Part shown: positions 15,601 through 29,700 of the stretch, in pieces | Layout: the number at the start of each line of letters is the position of its first letter | How positions within the stretch are numbered: the stretch's first letter is position 1 | Assembly (NCBI GenBank): GCA_964057225.1 | Contig: OZ059895.1 | Span: forward strand, 16,740,001 to 16,804,000 | DNA length: 64,000 bases | DNA from: Auanema rhodensis | Taxonomy: Eukaryota; Animalia; Nematoda | Direction: 5' to 3' | Position numbers and translations under genes: made by a program | Notes under the pieces: model-generated | Database searches by the model: none | Told to the model about the DNA's origin: nothing | Seen by the model: only the letters and a program-made list of their open reading frames with translations

Positions 15601-17750
15601 AGAGCATTTGTCTCTCACATCGTTTCCTTCTTTATTAGCGATAAGCCCTAGTGTGAGTCAGTCATAGAACACAAGAGATGAGCCAAACCTTTGCAAAATT
15701 CCCATTCTACATTGCAAGAATCATCTCCAATTCTTCTTTTCCTCAATTTTCTTTGTTGTGACTGATTGCAAAGCCAATGAGATCGTAAGCTGACTGCTCA
15801 GGCTTGCGGTGGCCCTGATAGTAATGACCCTTGTGGCTTGGCCTGCTGCTACCCAACCCATGTGCTATGGCCTGGCGGCCTGTCGTACTCAACCCGTCTT
15901 CTCTATGAGGCTAATTACCATCGATTTAGATGTGGATTAGGAACCTCACACAACCATTACCCTGCTCTCTGCTTTCTTTGAATTTTATTCATTGTGGACC
16001 TCCAAGCCCGATTTACAAAGCTCTTTGTTGTTGTTAGTGCTGATTCACTCGTTTACAATCTTTTTGACTCGTCTCTCGCTGCCATTGCTTTCTTTCTTAT
16101 CCATTATGTTTCTCTATTCTTGAAACAATCTTCGCCTTTGCCTTAGTTATCGTTATAGTCCCTCATCGACACCACATGCCATAGTCAGGCACCCATCAAC
16201 AAAGTTCTTTGACCTTGCATTTTCTATTTTATCTTAACTTCGCTTAGTGATTTCGTCATTTAAATCGTATGAAATCTTTTAAATTCCTGTCACTTAACAC
16301 TGAATGAACACAAATTTAGCCTCCTTCAACACCGTAAGTCTTGTTCATATTGTCAAGACTTCCACTCATCCATCTTGCAATCGATTTCTCATCCAGCTGA
16401 ATGATTTTTTTTGGTCAAACGTCATCTCTTACTGTCTATCACCTCAGGGATCTAGCAGTACCAGAAGATAGCTTCTTTCATTCCAGCTGTTAATATGAAT
16501 GTAGTTGTTAGCATTCGTGCTAGCCATACTAAACGCTATACGACTAATCAATCTTCTATTTCTCTTGAAAAATAATGTGTGAAGAGAGTATGTGAGTAAC
16601 AAACTTAGCAAGATCGCTTTATTCTTAATTCGCTTCAAGCATAATCCAACATATTCATCAGGTTTTTGAACACTTACCAACAGACATCTGACAGTGAGTG
16701 CGTATGTGTGTGTGTTAGTGAATGAGTATGTGTGTATGCGTCTGCCGAGAGCGGTGAATGCTGTGCTGCCCTTTGTATTCTTCTTTCTTTTGGTCTTTAT
16801 CTCTTTATTTCTCTTATTTTGTCCTAATCTTTCTACTGAACCACGGTCACCATCTGTCCGTGGTCATCATCAAAGGTTCGATTTCGTTCAAATACATACA
16901 CACACTCAATTTATACAACTTTTGTTTCTCTTCCCCAATCGTTTTTTGCTATAGTTCATCCTCACATTCCTTATTCAGTTTTATGGGGGAGAATTTGTGA
17001 ATAGGCTCTTTTCCGTTCCGCCGAATCATCAGCCTACTCAGCAGAACTTCGCTCTATACAATAGTATTTAGAGAATTTAGGACCAGCTCTTTGTTTTAAA
17101 ATGTGAACGGTAGTGCAGAATTTATTTGAAAGTAAAGCCCACATCATATCAGTTTCTAAACTTTATTCGTTCATCTTGTCAAATCCAGTAACTACTATTG
17201 GATGTAATGTTTAGATCTCACATACATATGCCGACCGGAATTACAGTCTCTTTCTCGTATCTATTGCAGAGGACGACTATCCGCTTATAGAATCATAGTA
17301 AGTAAAGAGGTATCTTGTTTATTACGCTCTTAATACATATCCCTTCAATAGCACTCTTTGCAGTCTTTTCTTATTACAATACATTCACCATCTGCTTTTC
17401 CAAGTTTTTTTTTCTCGATATCATTCATTCTTCTTACTTTACGTTGACTTTAGTTAGTAAACGTAATCCCGTTTCCAATATTGTTTTCATCGGACTTTGA
17501 TCAATTTTATCCGACTTTTCTTCGCCTTATTGTTGGTTCTGCAGCGCGGCCTTTTGCTCAAACGCGCTCCAATGCTACTATCATATTATTTTAAAACTAT
17601 TTTTACTTTATTGTTGGACTATTCGTATTTTGATCGTGTTTTATTGCCTTGTGAACTTTTGATAGAGATTAATCCCTTATATTTCAGTTTTATTAAACTT
17701 CGCCAAGCTGGAGTAACTTTATTTGTGAAGTCTAAGACTTTTCTCCCTTG

Positions 17751-20700
17751 ATGGAGGGCATAGACATATCGAAATTACCTCTCGACGTAAGAGAAAGACT
17801 TGCTGAACTTGATTTAGAATTAAGCGAGGGTGAGGACCTAAATAAATTGTATCATGGGTTTATCACTGTTTACAGGAGATATAACACAGAAAGGTTATGA
17901 TAAGAAGAAATCTTTATTGTTAGCACAATTTGTTCCTGGAGGAAAGAATGGTAATCAAACATATCTATCTAATTACTCTGTATATTTCTAAATTTCTAGG
18001 CTTATCAAAAATTCAAGCAAGTCCTAGTACAAAAGCTAATCGTAGGCATCAGCGCCGGTTAACTAGAGATGAAGGACGATTTCACTCAGGCTAGTTTGTT
18101 AGATAAGCAAATAATACCTTATATGAATATGTTGTTCCAAATAGCCCTATTATTATGACCAAAAACCGTTTACTGAATTTATTTGGGACAATTCTAGTTT
18201 GGTAAACTTAAGCTTTTTTGAATTGAAAACTTTGTTTGCAAATTCTCAATTATGTTTTGTAAATAAAAGAAAATGACCAAGCTGGGAAATAATTAGAAAA
18301 ATTTAGTTTCTCTTCACATCATTTTATTTTTACATTTTACATAATTTATGCTTTCAAATTTCATAAATTACAAGTGATAAGCTGTAATTTATTTATTTAT
18401 TTCTAAATTTGGATGTTGCGAGTGCGGCTGTGCACCACTGCACTAGATTGACCATTCCTAATGTCTAACTGTTTACAGAAATTAGAGCTGAAGCCGTTCA
18501 AGCAGCTCTAGCAGAATATTCCCAAGGAAAAAAAGAAAGACCGGCGTGTCTTCAAGCTATAAAAAGAACAGCTGAACCAAGAGAACGGAGTGCAAAGCTA
18601 TCAGGTATGTCTTTATGCTATATAATTTTGGTTTGTTGGGTATGTAATTGGATTTTGTGATCAGCATGCTTTGTAAAATATTTTGAATTGAATTTCCAAT
18701 TCTTTTCTTGAGATGTAGGTTGTTATAGCCGAATTGGTTTAGCCTCAGTGAATCAGCTAGTATTGGATTAACTGTGGACATATTTTTTGTTTTCTTACTC
18801 GTAATTCAGTGACTTTCTTCAATCAGCACATGTCTCATAGTTCGAGGCGTCGAATGTTTGCTTTATTATTGCATTCTCTTGATGTTGACTGTTTGCCGTA
18901 CAGTGAATTGATTATAGAACATCTTGCCGTATAAGGCTCGCTAAGTTTATTAGTCGGCGACTACATCTGCAATTATAGCCTTTACTTTTCTTGGTCTACC
19001 CTGCCATATCATTCCATTTCTTTTTCAATCGAGCCTTTATCCTAGTGATTTCTTTTTTTTTAAACATTTAATCCTTTCCTCTTCAATCTCTCAATATCAA
19101 ACTAATCTTTCTATTTAAGTGCCGTATTTTTTCACTTCAAAATGACGGGTTCAACCCTGTTGTAATCGCTGTTGCAATTGTCCAGGGTTCGAATTGACTC
19201 TCTCGTTCTCTGTTCATTAAATTAATTCTCAATCTTAGTGCACAGCTTCTTCTGCATTACTACATCCGTAGTATTTGTATTTCTTTTTCAAATATTTTAT
19301 TGCACTTAATTGGAAAATAGATACTAATTTCATTTCTTTTCCCATTACTTATTTTGCAGTAGTTTTATTTACTTAAATGGTCATTCAAGTTTCATTCAAT
19401 ATTTTAATAGGCTCACAACGTTTATTAAAACCTCAATTCTCTGAGGAAGATGGATGCGGTAGATAATTTATTACTCTACTTTTCGATATTTGGTGATCCT
19501 CCTATGGGACCATTAAATTGCCTATTTCTTACTCATTCAAGCTGAGCAACTAATCAAACAATTGTATTTCATATTGTCTTTTTACTTTAGCTTCTTACAT
19601 GCCTTGCTTTTAGCTCTTACTATATTTATAATGCTTCTTTTTTCTGTCATTTTTTCATTCATATATTAAAACAGTTCAAGCTTCGCTCCAAAAATATCGA
19701 CTTTTAGTTATTTTAAAGTATCTTCTGCTGTCCGATTGTTGACATCGTCTATTACGTTTAACATATGTCGTTCTATAGACTTTGGTTACCTTCAACTATG
19801 TGGATAACTAAAAACGCTAGGTAAGGCTCTTTGGTCGAGCCTGCTTCCTAATTTCACGGCTTTATTCTATTTATGATTTTTGCACTGTAGTGTGCAGCCC
19901 CTAACTTTCAAGCTGTTTTGTGCTAATTTTCCCCTTACGACTGAGAAAAACTTTGGCTGTTCTAGGAATAAGTGGAAAAATCCAACCTTTGCTCGCTCCC
20001 TTTTTCTTATTTCACTAACAATCTTTCTTGGATTTTGCTTCTCACAACGGACCATTACCCATACTCCTAGGTCTATGTACAGCAAAATGAGATTATGCGT
20101 CCTCCAAATCAGCCAAACGGGTTAGCATCTCTTCATTATGATGACTTGACGCATCTTCCGTAGTAACACTCGAAGTCATCAATTGTTCATTATTTCAGTT
20201 AAATTTTGCTTTCTTCTTTAGTTATATATTGTTGTCCGTAACTACTACAATGTGGAACGTCAACCAATTTTGAATTCTATGAATGTGTCTCTCATTTCTT
20301 ATATTTCTCTCATATACACGTATGTCATTTCGCTTATTTTCTGGTTTGCCCTGCCTCATCGATTAAAGGTCAAATCGTTTCTACATCCTCCTGATCATGG
20401 ACGGTTATCATTGAAGTTCTTATTCGCACAATATTCGTCCTTTCTTTTTGGTTTTTCTTTATTCTAAATATCTTCAATTCTCGGATATTATTCGTCTGGT
20501 TTAAAGATTTAATTGTGAAACGGATCTATTATAAAATGAACTATGTGACGGCAACTTTCTCCCATATCTGCGATGAGGATGGACAATTCTTCCGTCAATC
20601 TTCATCAAATCATATTCTCCCATCGGATCTTTCTATAAGCTAATTTCATATTTTATTTCAAAAGTCGCTTTTCATGTTCAATTCAATAGCAACATGCTAG

Positions 20701-23700
20701 CGAGAAAACGGCCTTGCCTAATATTTTTTTAACGCTTTTTGAATTTGTCTATAATAGTTCTGATTTATTTTTTCCTATTTGCCATTCCTGCCGTGTCATT
20801 TTTTTTCTTGATCAATGCGTTTTTCGAATTTTTTTCTTCGTGTATTTTATTGAAATAGTGGGTGGCTTACCGTTTCAGTGTAATTTTTTGTAGCTTTTTG
20901 AATTTGATTTGACCATTAAAATGAAAACATAATCATTTTAGTTGTTTTATTCCCGCAGCTTCTTCAATAGCATAGCGGAATTGTTTTGGTTTTTTGATTC
21001 ATAGTAGCTATTTGCCATTCCATTAACAAACAACAACATTTAATAACCTAGCTTTTTTATGAGTAAACTTTTTGTTGCCTATATTCAATTTGTATGAGAA
21101 TTGTTGGTTCTTCCTTTTTGGGTAAGGCCTAATTGCTCAATTGACAGAACTGGTTTTGTCATGACAGATAGTGTGGTGGAGGATGGTAGAGGGAAAAACT
21201 GTTAAGGCAGGAATCCGCCATTCCTGCCCTCTGTTTCTACTTTCATTTGATTCATATCGTTTCCATTTTTTAATAGTTTGTTTAGTTTATATAAGCATTT
21301 CTTTAAATAACCTTGATGTTATCTATTTGAGATGATTAATGCTAATTATTTTTTTTGAAAAGCTTTGTTCGAAGTGGGATGGCAAATGTAATAGTTTTGA
21401 ATTTTTTTTCGCTTCTTACAAATTTTTCGTTATTGGTTTGATCTTTTACCCTCTTTTTTCTAAATATTTCTGTATTGTTTTCTTTTCTTCTCCGTTTCTT
21501 TCTTCAAAAATTGAATTGACGTCTTCTATCTGTTCTATCTCTGATGGATATTTTTTATCAAGATAGCCGTTTTATTGATAATTGCTCATTATATTGCCAT
21601 ACTTCTAGGATCTTAATACGGGCATGCTGAGTCATGATGTTGCACCCGTTCTACGACCAAATATTATTATTAGATCCGAAAACGGGGGACCTAAAAAGCC
21701 CCATTTATATAGAATTACAGCTATGAGACATTCAGCTTATTGTAAGTTGATAACAAAAATGGTTTTTTTTTCAAGAACGTTATCAAACCCTGACCTTGAT
21801 GATAGTTGTTTTTGAACGAAATTTTCTCAGCAATCTTCTTTGAAGAGCATAACCGAATCCAGAATCCGTTACATACACAGCAATTATTTCACTTTCCACA
21901 GTTCATTTGTAATCTTTTATTTTTAAAGATTCGTCGTCGGATGAGGATGATGACATCCAGTTTGGTTCTACTGGCAGAAGTACACGAGACAGAAAGAGGA
22001 ATGAAGGTAAGACAACTTGTTAGTCTACATACTTATCCTGCACTCAACTATCTGAGGTAGTTAGATGCTATATTTCATTTGTCATGTATAAAGATGATAA
22101 CAGTAATTAGTTGTATTTTCGTATCATTTATTTAATCGATTTCTTTGAAGCTAAACCCCAAACTACTGCTCCTCCAGATGTTACGGGTGGCGCTGCTGTG
22201 GAAGCTATGCTAAAGCGTGTCCGTGAACAACATGAAAAGAATATCCAGGTATCGCTAATTTCTTCAACTTCATTCTATTATCTTTTCCGTTTTTTATTTA
22301 AAATGAAACAAATTACAGATGCAACGAGAAAATGAAGTAGCAATGAGGTTGAAACAGATATCAGTCGATGAAGAAAATGACGATTCACGAAAGAGCGGCC
22401 AATTGAAAGACACCGAGACTATCGAATCTATGGTAATTAAGAAAAACCCATTTGATTTTATGAATTTATTTTAAGAGTCCCACTTCAATGACGATTGAAG
22501 ACGCTGTTTATGTCAATACCACCATACCTGCTAAAGATGAAAATCCCAACAATCAGGACTATCAAAATGCAGTTTTGCGTGAGTTTGATCTAAATTCAAA
22601 AAGTTCATTATGGCAACAAAAAAAATATTTTTAAAATGGTAGGAAAGCGTAAGTTTGTTTGTATAAGAACGTTAGTTAGAGAGATGGGGTGGGGTGCAAT
22701 ATAACTGTGATCTTATCAATTAGCACTGTAGTTCTCTTATCAGGGTGCTGACGAGAAAAAACTGAATCACATGTTTACCTGTAAAACTTTCAGATCATGA
22801 GCATACATTGCAAAATTATATTTTTACTTTGCAGCTATTCGCCAACCTGCTAAGGTTTCGCTCAAAATTCAGCAAGTTTTAACTAATTTACAGGTTAGTA
22901 TTTCATTTTCTATTTTACTTTTTTTTTTTCTAAATATTTTCTCCCTCTTCTGTTTATAATACTTAATCTTGGTGTGAATAGTTGATTTCGGTGTTTGGTA
23001 CAGCTGTATTTATCCTGATTCTATATCGTTGTGTCTTTATACTCGCAGTTACTGCTGCCACTCCCTGTTAGCTCTGAAATATGACACCAGTCGGTGGATT
23101 AGTGACCTATCACGGCTGACTTAATTCTTTAAATAGTAAGAAAGCGAAAAATTGTTGTTTTTCAATATAATGCTTTGTTTATTAACATTTTTGGAACATG
23201 TTTTTGAAAACTGCCCTCATCCACTTTTTTTCACAGGTGGTTTTATTTCGGACACTTAGCCCGTTTTCGGATAAGCACCGAGCTAAAGCCAGAAATTGAC
23301 CTCATTAATCAATCGGCCTGTTTGATAGAAGATTTGACAACCAAATGAATTACAATTCTTTTGATTTTGGTATCCGTACATCGCTATCGACTTTTTTATG
23401 ATCCCAACTAAACGACAGAACGAGCACTTCTAGTTTTTCTAAAAAAAATGAAGGGAAATTTTTTTATAGATAATGTGTGTCTGTGTTAAGTGCAGAAGTT
23501 TTTTTCTTCACAATAGTGAAACATGGCTTATTCTCCTAGGTGGTGGAAGGTCTTTCACGTGTTTTCTACAAATTAAATGTTCACTAGTTGAGTGTTCTCA
23601 ATTTTCCTGTACCTACAACGGCAAAAAACATGAGAGTTTATTAGAATAAGTGTCAATGCGAAAAATATAACTTGATATCTTACAGCTATAGCTTTAAAAC

Positions 23701-26700
23701 TAGTTGATAAGTTCTTATTTTCCTTTAAATCTCTGGCGGCTGCTATTTGACGATGTTGAAACTCAATCTAATATATGAGATACAATATACCTGCTTATTG
23801 ATGCAAAATCCAATGATATTGAAATAATTATGGATGGTTTGCTTAGAAGTTCTGCAAAATGATTTTGGGCACACATGTGGATCTAGACAATCATTCGTTC
23901 AGTGAGATGCCTTCGGATTGTCAAGTTTCATGTGTGAAGCACTCACAGTAGTTTAACGTATTGGACTTCTTTCACATGTCAAAGTTGTCCCCTCTTTCTT
24001 AATCGTCTTTATAAAAATTCATAACGATCACGAAGATTTGTACTTGGATTCTCAAAAATCGGTCGAATTTTATTCTGTTTTGACACATTGAAAGATAAAG
24101 TTTCATAAGCGCTAACTGTAATTTGATTATTTGTTCTCTTAAGTTTGTTTTGAAACATTCTCAACTTCTCATACTAGTAATAAGCCTATAAGCTAGAGAT
24201 GAAGGTGACAGGCTTTTTTTTAACTTACTCTCTTTTGTTCTGTCTGTGTCTATCTTTTCTCCACTAGAAACAGCAGTCCAAGAGTAGGGGGAGGGCTCAT
24301 AGGAGGTTGGGGGCTGTCCGTCTATTTGAACACTACAGCATCACCGCCAGAGCAACACAGCTTGGGTCGCGGTCCTCCGCTGCTCAGCTGATTGTTTCCT
24401 GTCCATTGATTAAGCCAAAGAAGAAAAGAAATTGATTTCAAAAGAGTACTGCTTCACTAGTATTATTCATTTTATCTCCATTTATTTTATCTACCCTGTG
24501 TATTTCCTCGAGATTATGGAACACATGGATCCATCACCTTATGCTGTTTCAAAAATTTGTTTCCCAACTCTAGCTCTTCAAAAGACCTTGACCGGTCGCA
24601 ATATTGTGGCCCCTTCTAGATGTACTCATAGTGAAAATCATCGCAGCTATCTCAATCATAAAAAAGCAGCATCATTGAAAGAGAGACGAGTACGAGCTGC
24701 TGCTGCGGCTGAACGTCGTAGACTTGATGATGAGATGGTCAATGAAGGTGCGGCGGCTCGTTCTTCTGCATTAAGTGTTTCGTCCTCATCATCGTCTTCT
24801 AGCCATCTACACCAGGCCACTGTTAATTCCAATCGTCGAACGATCGTTCCACAGTACAGCTTTGATTCAGAGCTTGGAATGATGCCTCAACGGTCATCTT
24901 CTAGTTCATTTGATGCTCTATCAACTAGTTCCATCCTTCATATTCCCGTAGGCTCCCCGTCTTGTTCCAAGGACGAAGTTACATATTCTGAAATAATCGA
25001 CTACTATTCTCCGCTCGATAATACCTCTAATCTATATAATAATAATAATGAGAAAGAGCGAAATATAAATTTCAACATCCGTGTAGGCCATAGAGGCCGC
25101 CAGTCTGTAAAGTGTATCGGGAATATGGTAAGATTTCCTATTAATATATCTATAAAACTTTAGTTTTTCATTAACTTTTATTATTATTATTATTAATTGA
25201 CTCTATTGTACTTTATATTGTCCTTTCAGAGGCCTAAGGATAAGCCTCTTCATGAGTTCTATAATGATGACGACGCTGAACTTGAAGGTATGTTTTGTTT
25301 TTAATATTTTCACTTGATTAATCACTACGTTATGAATCCTTACAATCGTTGTTCCTGTTATTTGTCCTATTTTCTGGCTTTACTTTTGATGCAATTTAAA
25401 AGTTTTTGATATGTTAACGTTTTTGTTAAAAATCATTTCTATGGAAGAAATTCTACTTTTTATCTTTTCTATTGGAAATGAACCTTGAAGAAACAGCTGG
25501 TTCCTTGTCTTCTATCGAAGAGCGACTGACTTGCTGTCTTCGCTAGGGACTGAGGCTCGTAACTTGACCGACGAAACACATTTCTTAAATTCCTGAATGA
25601 TGATGACATGTTCTCGGCAGCTGTGGCCAGATTTTTGAAATCAGTTCAGTGTTCTTGACCTCAATCATTATGAAATTCTCATGTAATCAAAAAGGCATAG
25701 TATTTTTAAATTAGCTAACACGGGGACCTGTGGTTTACACTTTAGAATTAGGCACCGGTACACGATGTGAAGGATAGGAAGTAGTGAAATTATTAATTAC
25801 GTGAAGAACACGTGTCTTTCGTTTTATTAATCAAATTTGTTTCCAGCAATTGCAAAGATGACTGATCCATCGGCTCCACGACCTGAAGGAATGATTATGA
25901 CTCCTGTCAGAGGAGAAAGCGCAGCTGCCAGTAGTCAAACATTACCAAGAAGTATAGACAGGTTTGTTTTGATGAATGATGAATGATGATAGGCACCTCA
26001 AAACATAGTTCAAATACTGTTCCTATAGTATATTTCTTGTAATCGAAAGTTCTTTTTGTTTTGACGACTTAAGCATGAGGTACGAATAGAACAAAACCAG
26101 AAAGTGCGCCGATTTTTTGCTCTCGTATTGCATTGAAATCAAAATCCTATTGTTTTGATCTGGACTTCATCTAGTTTTTAACGCTTCCACATTCATTCTT
26201 TGTTCTGACCATATTTGCTTTGAGCTCTTCCGTATAGATTAATTTGTCCCTCCTGTCCATCAATGAATTAATTCTGTAAAGGATGACAAATCAAACAATT
26301 TCTTTCAGCGCTTTGCATCGTTTTGGGACAACATGTGCCAAAAACATTGTTGGAATGGTTTTGGATCAATCTGGGAGACCAACAGAGCAACTAACGTATG
26401 GAAAATTACTGAGCAGAGCCAATAAAATTGGATACATGCTCCTCAATAGAACTATTACAATTGGAAAAGATAATACTAAAGTTCCTATGTGCAAACCTGG
26501 GCATCGAGTTGCTTTGATCTATCCAAATACTGAACCCCTCGCTTTTTTGACTGCATTCTACGGGTGTCTGTTGGCCGGAGTTGTTCCTGTACCAATGGAA
26601 GTTCCTCTTACTAAAAGAGATGCGGGAATCCAACAACTTGGGTTTTTACTGGGCTCCTGTGGAGTCAAAGTAGCATTGACATCAGAAGCTTGTTATAAAG

Positions 26701-29700
26701 GCCTGCCTAAAACAGCCTCAACTCCATCTGCTCCATGCTCAACTCCATCTGGGTCCAACAGCTTGACCGGCCAAGGGCATGAAGTTGTTGACTTCAAGGG
26801 ATGGCCCCGACTATATTGGGTAACAACGGAGCACTTGGTAAGTCATCAATTTTTTCAAGTTTTTCTGAAAATTAGCTTTATAGAGTAAGCCGTCTCGTGA
26901 TTGGACAGCAACACCACGGGTCGCTGATGAGAGTGTCGCGTATGTTGAATATTCGACGGATAGGGACGGAGCTGTTAAGGGTGTCTGTGTTTCTCGTCAA
27001 TCCATGCTTGCACATTGTCGAGCAATCACAACAGCCATGGAGTATCAAGAAGGTATTTCCGAGTTTAACATTAAACGCGCAATCATTTACTAAACTTTCA
27101 GGTGACACTATGATGTGCGTAGTTGATTTTAAAAGAGAAGTTGGTTTGTGGCATGCTGTTCTAGCCAGTGTTTTCAATGGAATGCGAATAGTTTTTGTTC
27201 CATATTCCTTGATGAAAATCAATCCTGCTAGCTGGATGCTAACAGCCACCAAACTGAAAGGTAAATCTTTGTTTTCAAACTGTTTCCATATATTTGCATT
27301 TCAGCTACGATAGCTTTGGTTAAATCTAGAGATCTTCACTGGGGTTTACTGGCTACAAGAGACCATAAAGATGTGGATTTGTCCTCACTTAGATCTTTAG
27401 TTGTGGCTGATGGAGCCAATCCTTGGTCATTATCATCTTGTGATCAGTTTGCTGCTAAGTTTTCTGAGCATGGTCTACGTACAGATGCCATGTGTCCTTG
27501 TGCTGGAAGCAGTGAGACCGGTACCATTTCTTTAAGAAGGTATGTTATAGTATCTATTGTATATATCAATTTATCTATTTTTTGAAGAAGAACAACCGTC
27601 GGTGTTAGCAGCAGTGGGAGAGGAGTTTTATCTATGTCCGCATTGAGTCATTCTGTTGTTCGCGTTGATTCAGAAAATTCTTTAACTAGCCTTGTTCTAC
27701 AAGTATGATTTATCTTAGAATTTTCAACCTTACGCTTTTTTTCTTGTTTAGGATGCTGGTCAAGTTATTCCTGGAGGAGTTGTTGTTGTTGTAAAATTAC
27801 AAGGGTCTCCTCGTTTATGCCGAGCTGATGAGGTACGTTTGAAAATGACTTTGCATTTGTTTATTTTATATTATGCGGATTTACGAATATGTTTAGGTGG
27901 GAGAGATTTGTCTATTTGCACACTCTACTGGCCAAGCATATTGGGGTCTTGACGGAATGTCCGCTTCCACATTTCGGGTATGTTGGTTTATATTTATAAT
28001 TTGAAATCCTTTTGGCATTAACAATTTCCTTTCTAAACTATATGAATTATGCTTTAGGTTGAGCCATTGGGGACTGACGATCGTCCTCTAGGCCCTATGC
28101 ATTATGTTAGAAGTGGTTTAATAGGATTCATGGGACCAGATGGTCTTGTATTTGTTGTCGGTCGTCGAGCTTCTCAGCTTACCGTGTCAGGGCGGCAACA
28201 TTCTGCCGATGATATCATAGGTATATCGTCTTAACATAAGAAAAGCCATTCATTTTTTTAATTTTTCAGCAACTGTGTTAGCGGTAGAACCAATGAAATT
28301 TGTATATCGAGGTCGCATTGCGGTATTTTCCATTAATGTGCTACGCGATGAACGAATTGTCATTGTGGCAGAGCAAAAACCTGGAACATCTGAAGATGAT
28401 GCTTTTAATGTTAGTTTTTCTCCGTTTTCAAGGCTGATTGAAATATTTTAGTGGATGTCACGAGTTCTGCAAGCAACGGATACTATACATCAAGTCGGAA
28501 TATATTGCTTGGCACTTGTACCGGCTAACCAACTTCCCAAAACACCTTTAGGAGGAATTCATGTCTCTGAAACTAGGCAAAAATTCCAAAACGGCGATTT
28601 ACACCCCTGCAACCTGATGATGGCTCCCCACACTTGTGTTCTTAACCTGCCGAAACCTCGGTAATTTGATTCCTAGTCAACTATTTATATAATTCATGCT
28701 TTCTTTAGTGAACGACAATCTGATGTCGGACCAGCAGCTATATTTGTAGGGAATATTGTGCAAGGAGTACGCATAGCTGGTGCTCAAGGCAGAAGTTTAG
28801 GACCTGAAGAAGATGTGGTTAGTTATCTTCTTGAACGCCTGCCTTTAATTCTATTTTTTAGCCTTTCAATCTGATTGATGTTTTGAGATCTCGTGCAACT
28901 AGTGCTCCAGACCATCGTTTGTACACGTTGGTCACGAGTAAAAATCAAGATCAGGACTTTGTTACATGTGGAAGTCTTCTTAAGTAAGTTCAAGTCTTCT
29001 GTCATATGTTTTACATTATCTTTAGACGGGCTGAAAGAATTGCTGCTTTGTTGACGGATAGAGCTCGTCTCAACCCCGGAGACCATGTGGCGTTAATTTT
29101 CCCTCCTGGACTTGAATTGGTATCAGCATTTTATGGATGTTTAGCTGCAGGTAAATCAATATTCATTCTTATATGGAACAAAACTCTTAATAATTTTAGG
29201 AGTTGTTCCTGTATGTATTCGGCCTCCATCACCATCATCTCTTCAATCCACTTTACCGACTGTTAGGATGATTGTTGACGTCAGTAAATCAGTAGCCATT
29301 CTCTCCAATAACACAATTAGTAAATTATTGAAGGTAAAGCTTCAAATGAGTTTTGCAATCTTTATAATTATTCTAATTTAGAGTAAAGAAGCAGCTCATC
29401 GCGTAGATGCTAAAGCATGGCCAATGATTCTAGATATTGAAGACTCTCCATCTTCATGGAAGAGAAAAACTAATGTAGAACAACAAGAACCCCGCCCTTC
29501 GGATGTGTGCTATCTGGTTAGTTTTGGCTTTATTTCATACAAAAACTTTTTATAAACTAAATTTATTCATTGAGTATCACGTTTTGGTTCTGCTCATTCC
29601 TTCTTGTCGCTCTTTTTCTCCTAAAACATATAAGTCATATTTTGGCTAAAATGTTGTTATCCACATCAGTGGTTTCCTTCTTGGATCCAACGGAATCTTT

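Noticed and set aside
15781-15900. GC-rich island with repeated TGGCC upstream of dip-2
   Set aside because: No ORF, RNA family or defined motif; possibly regulatory but not callable.
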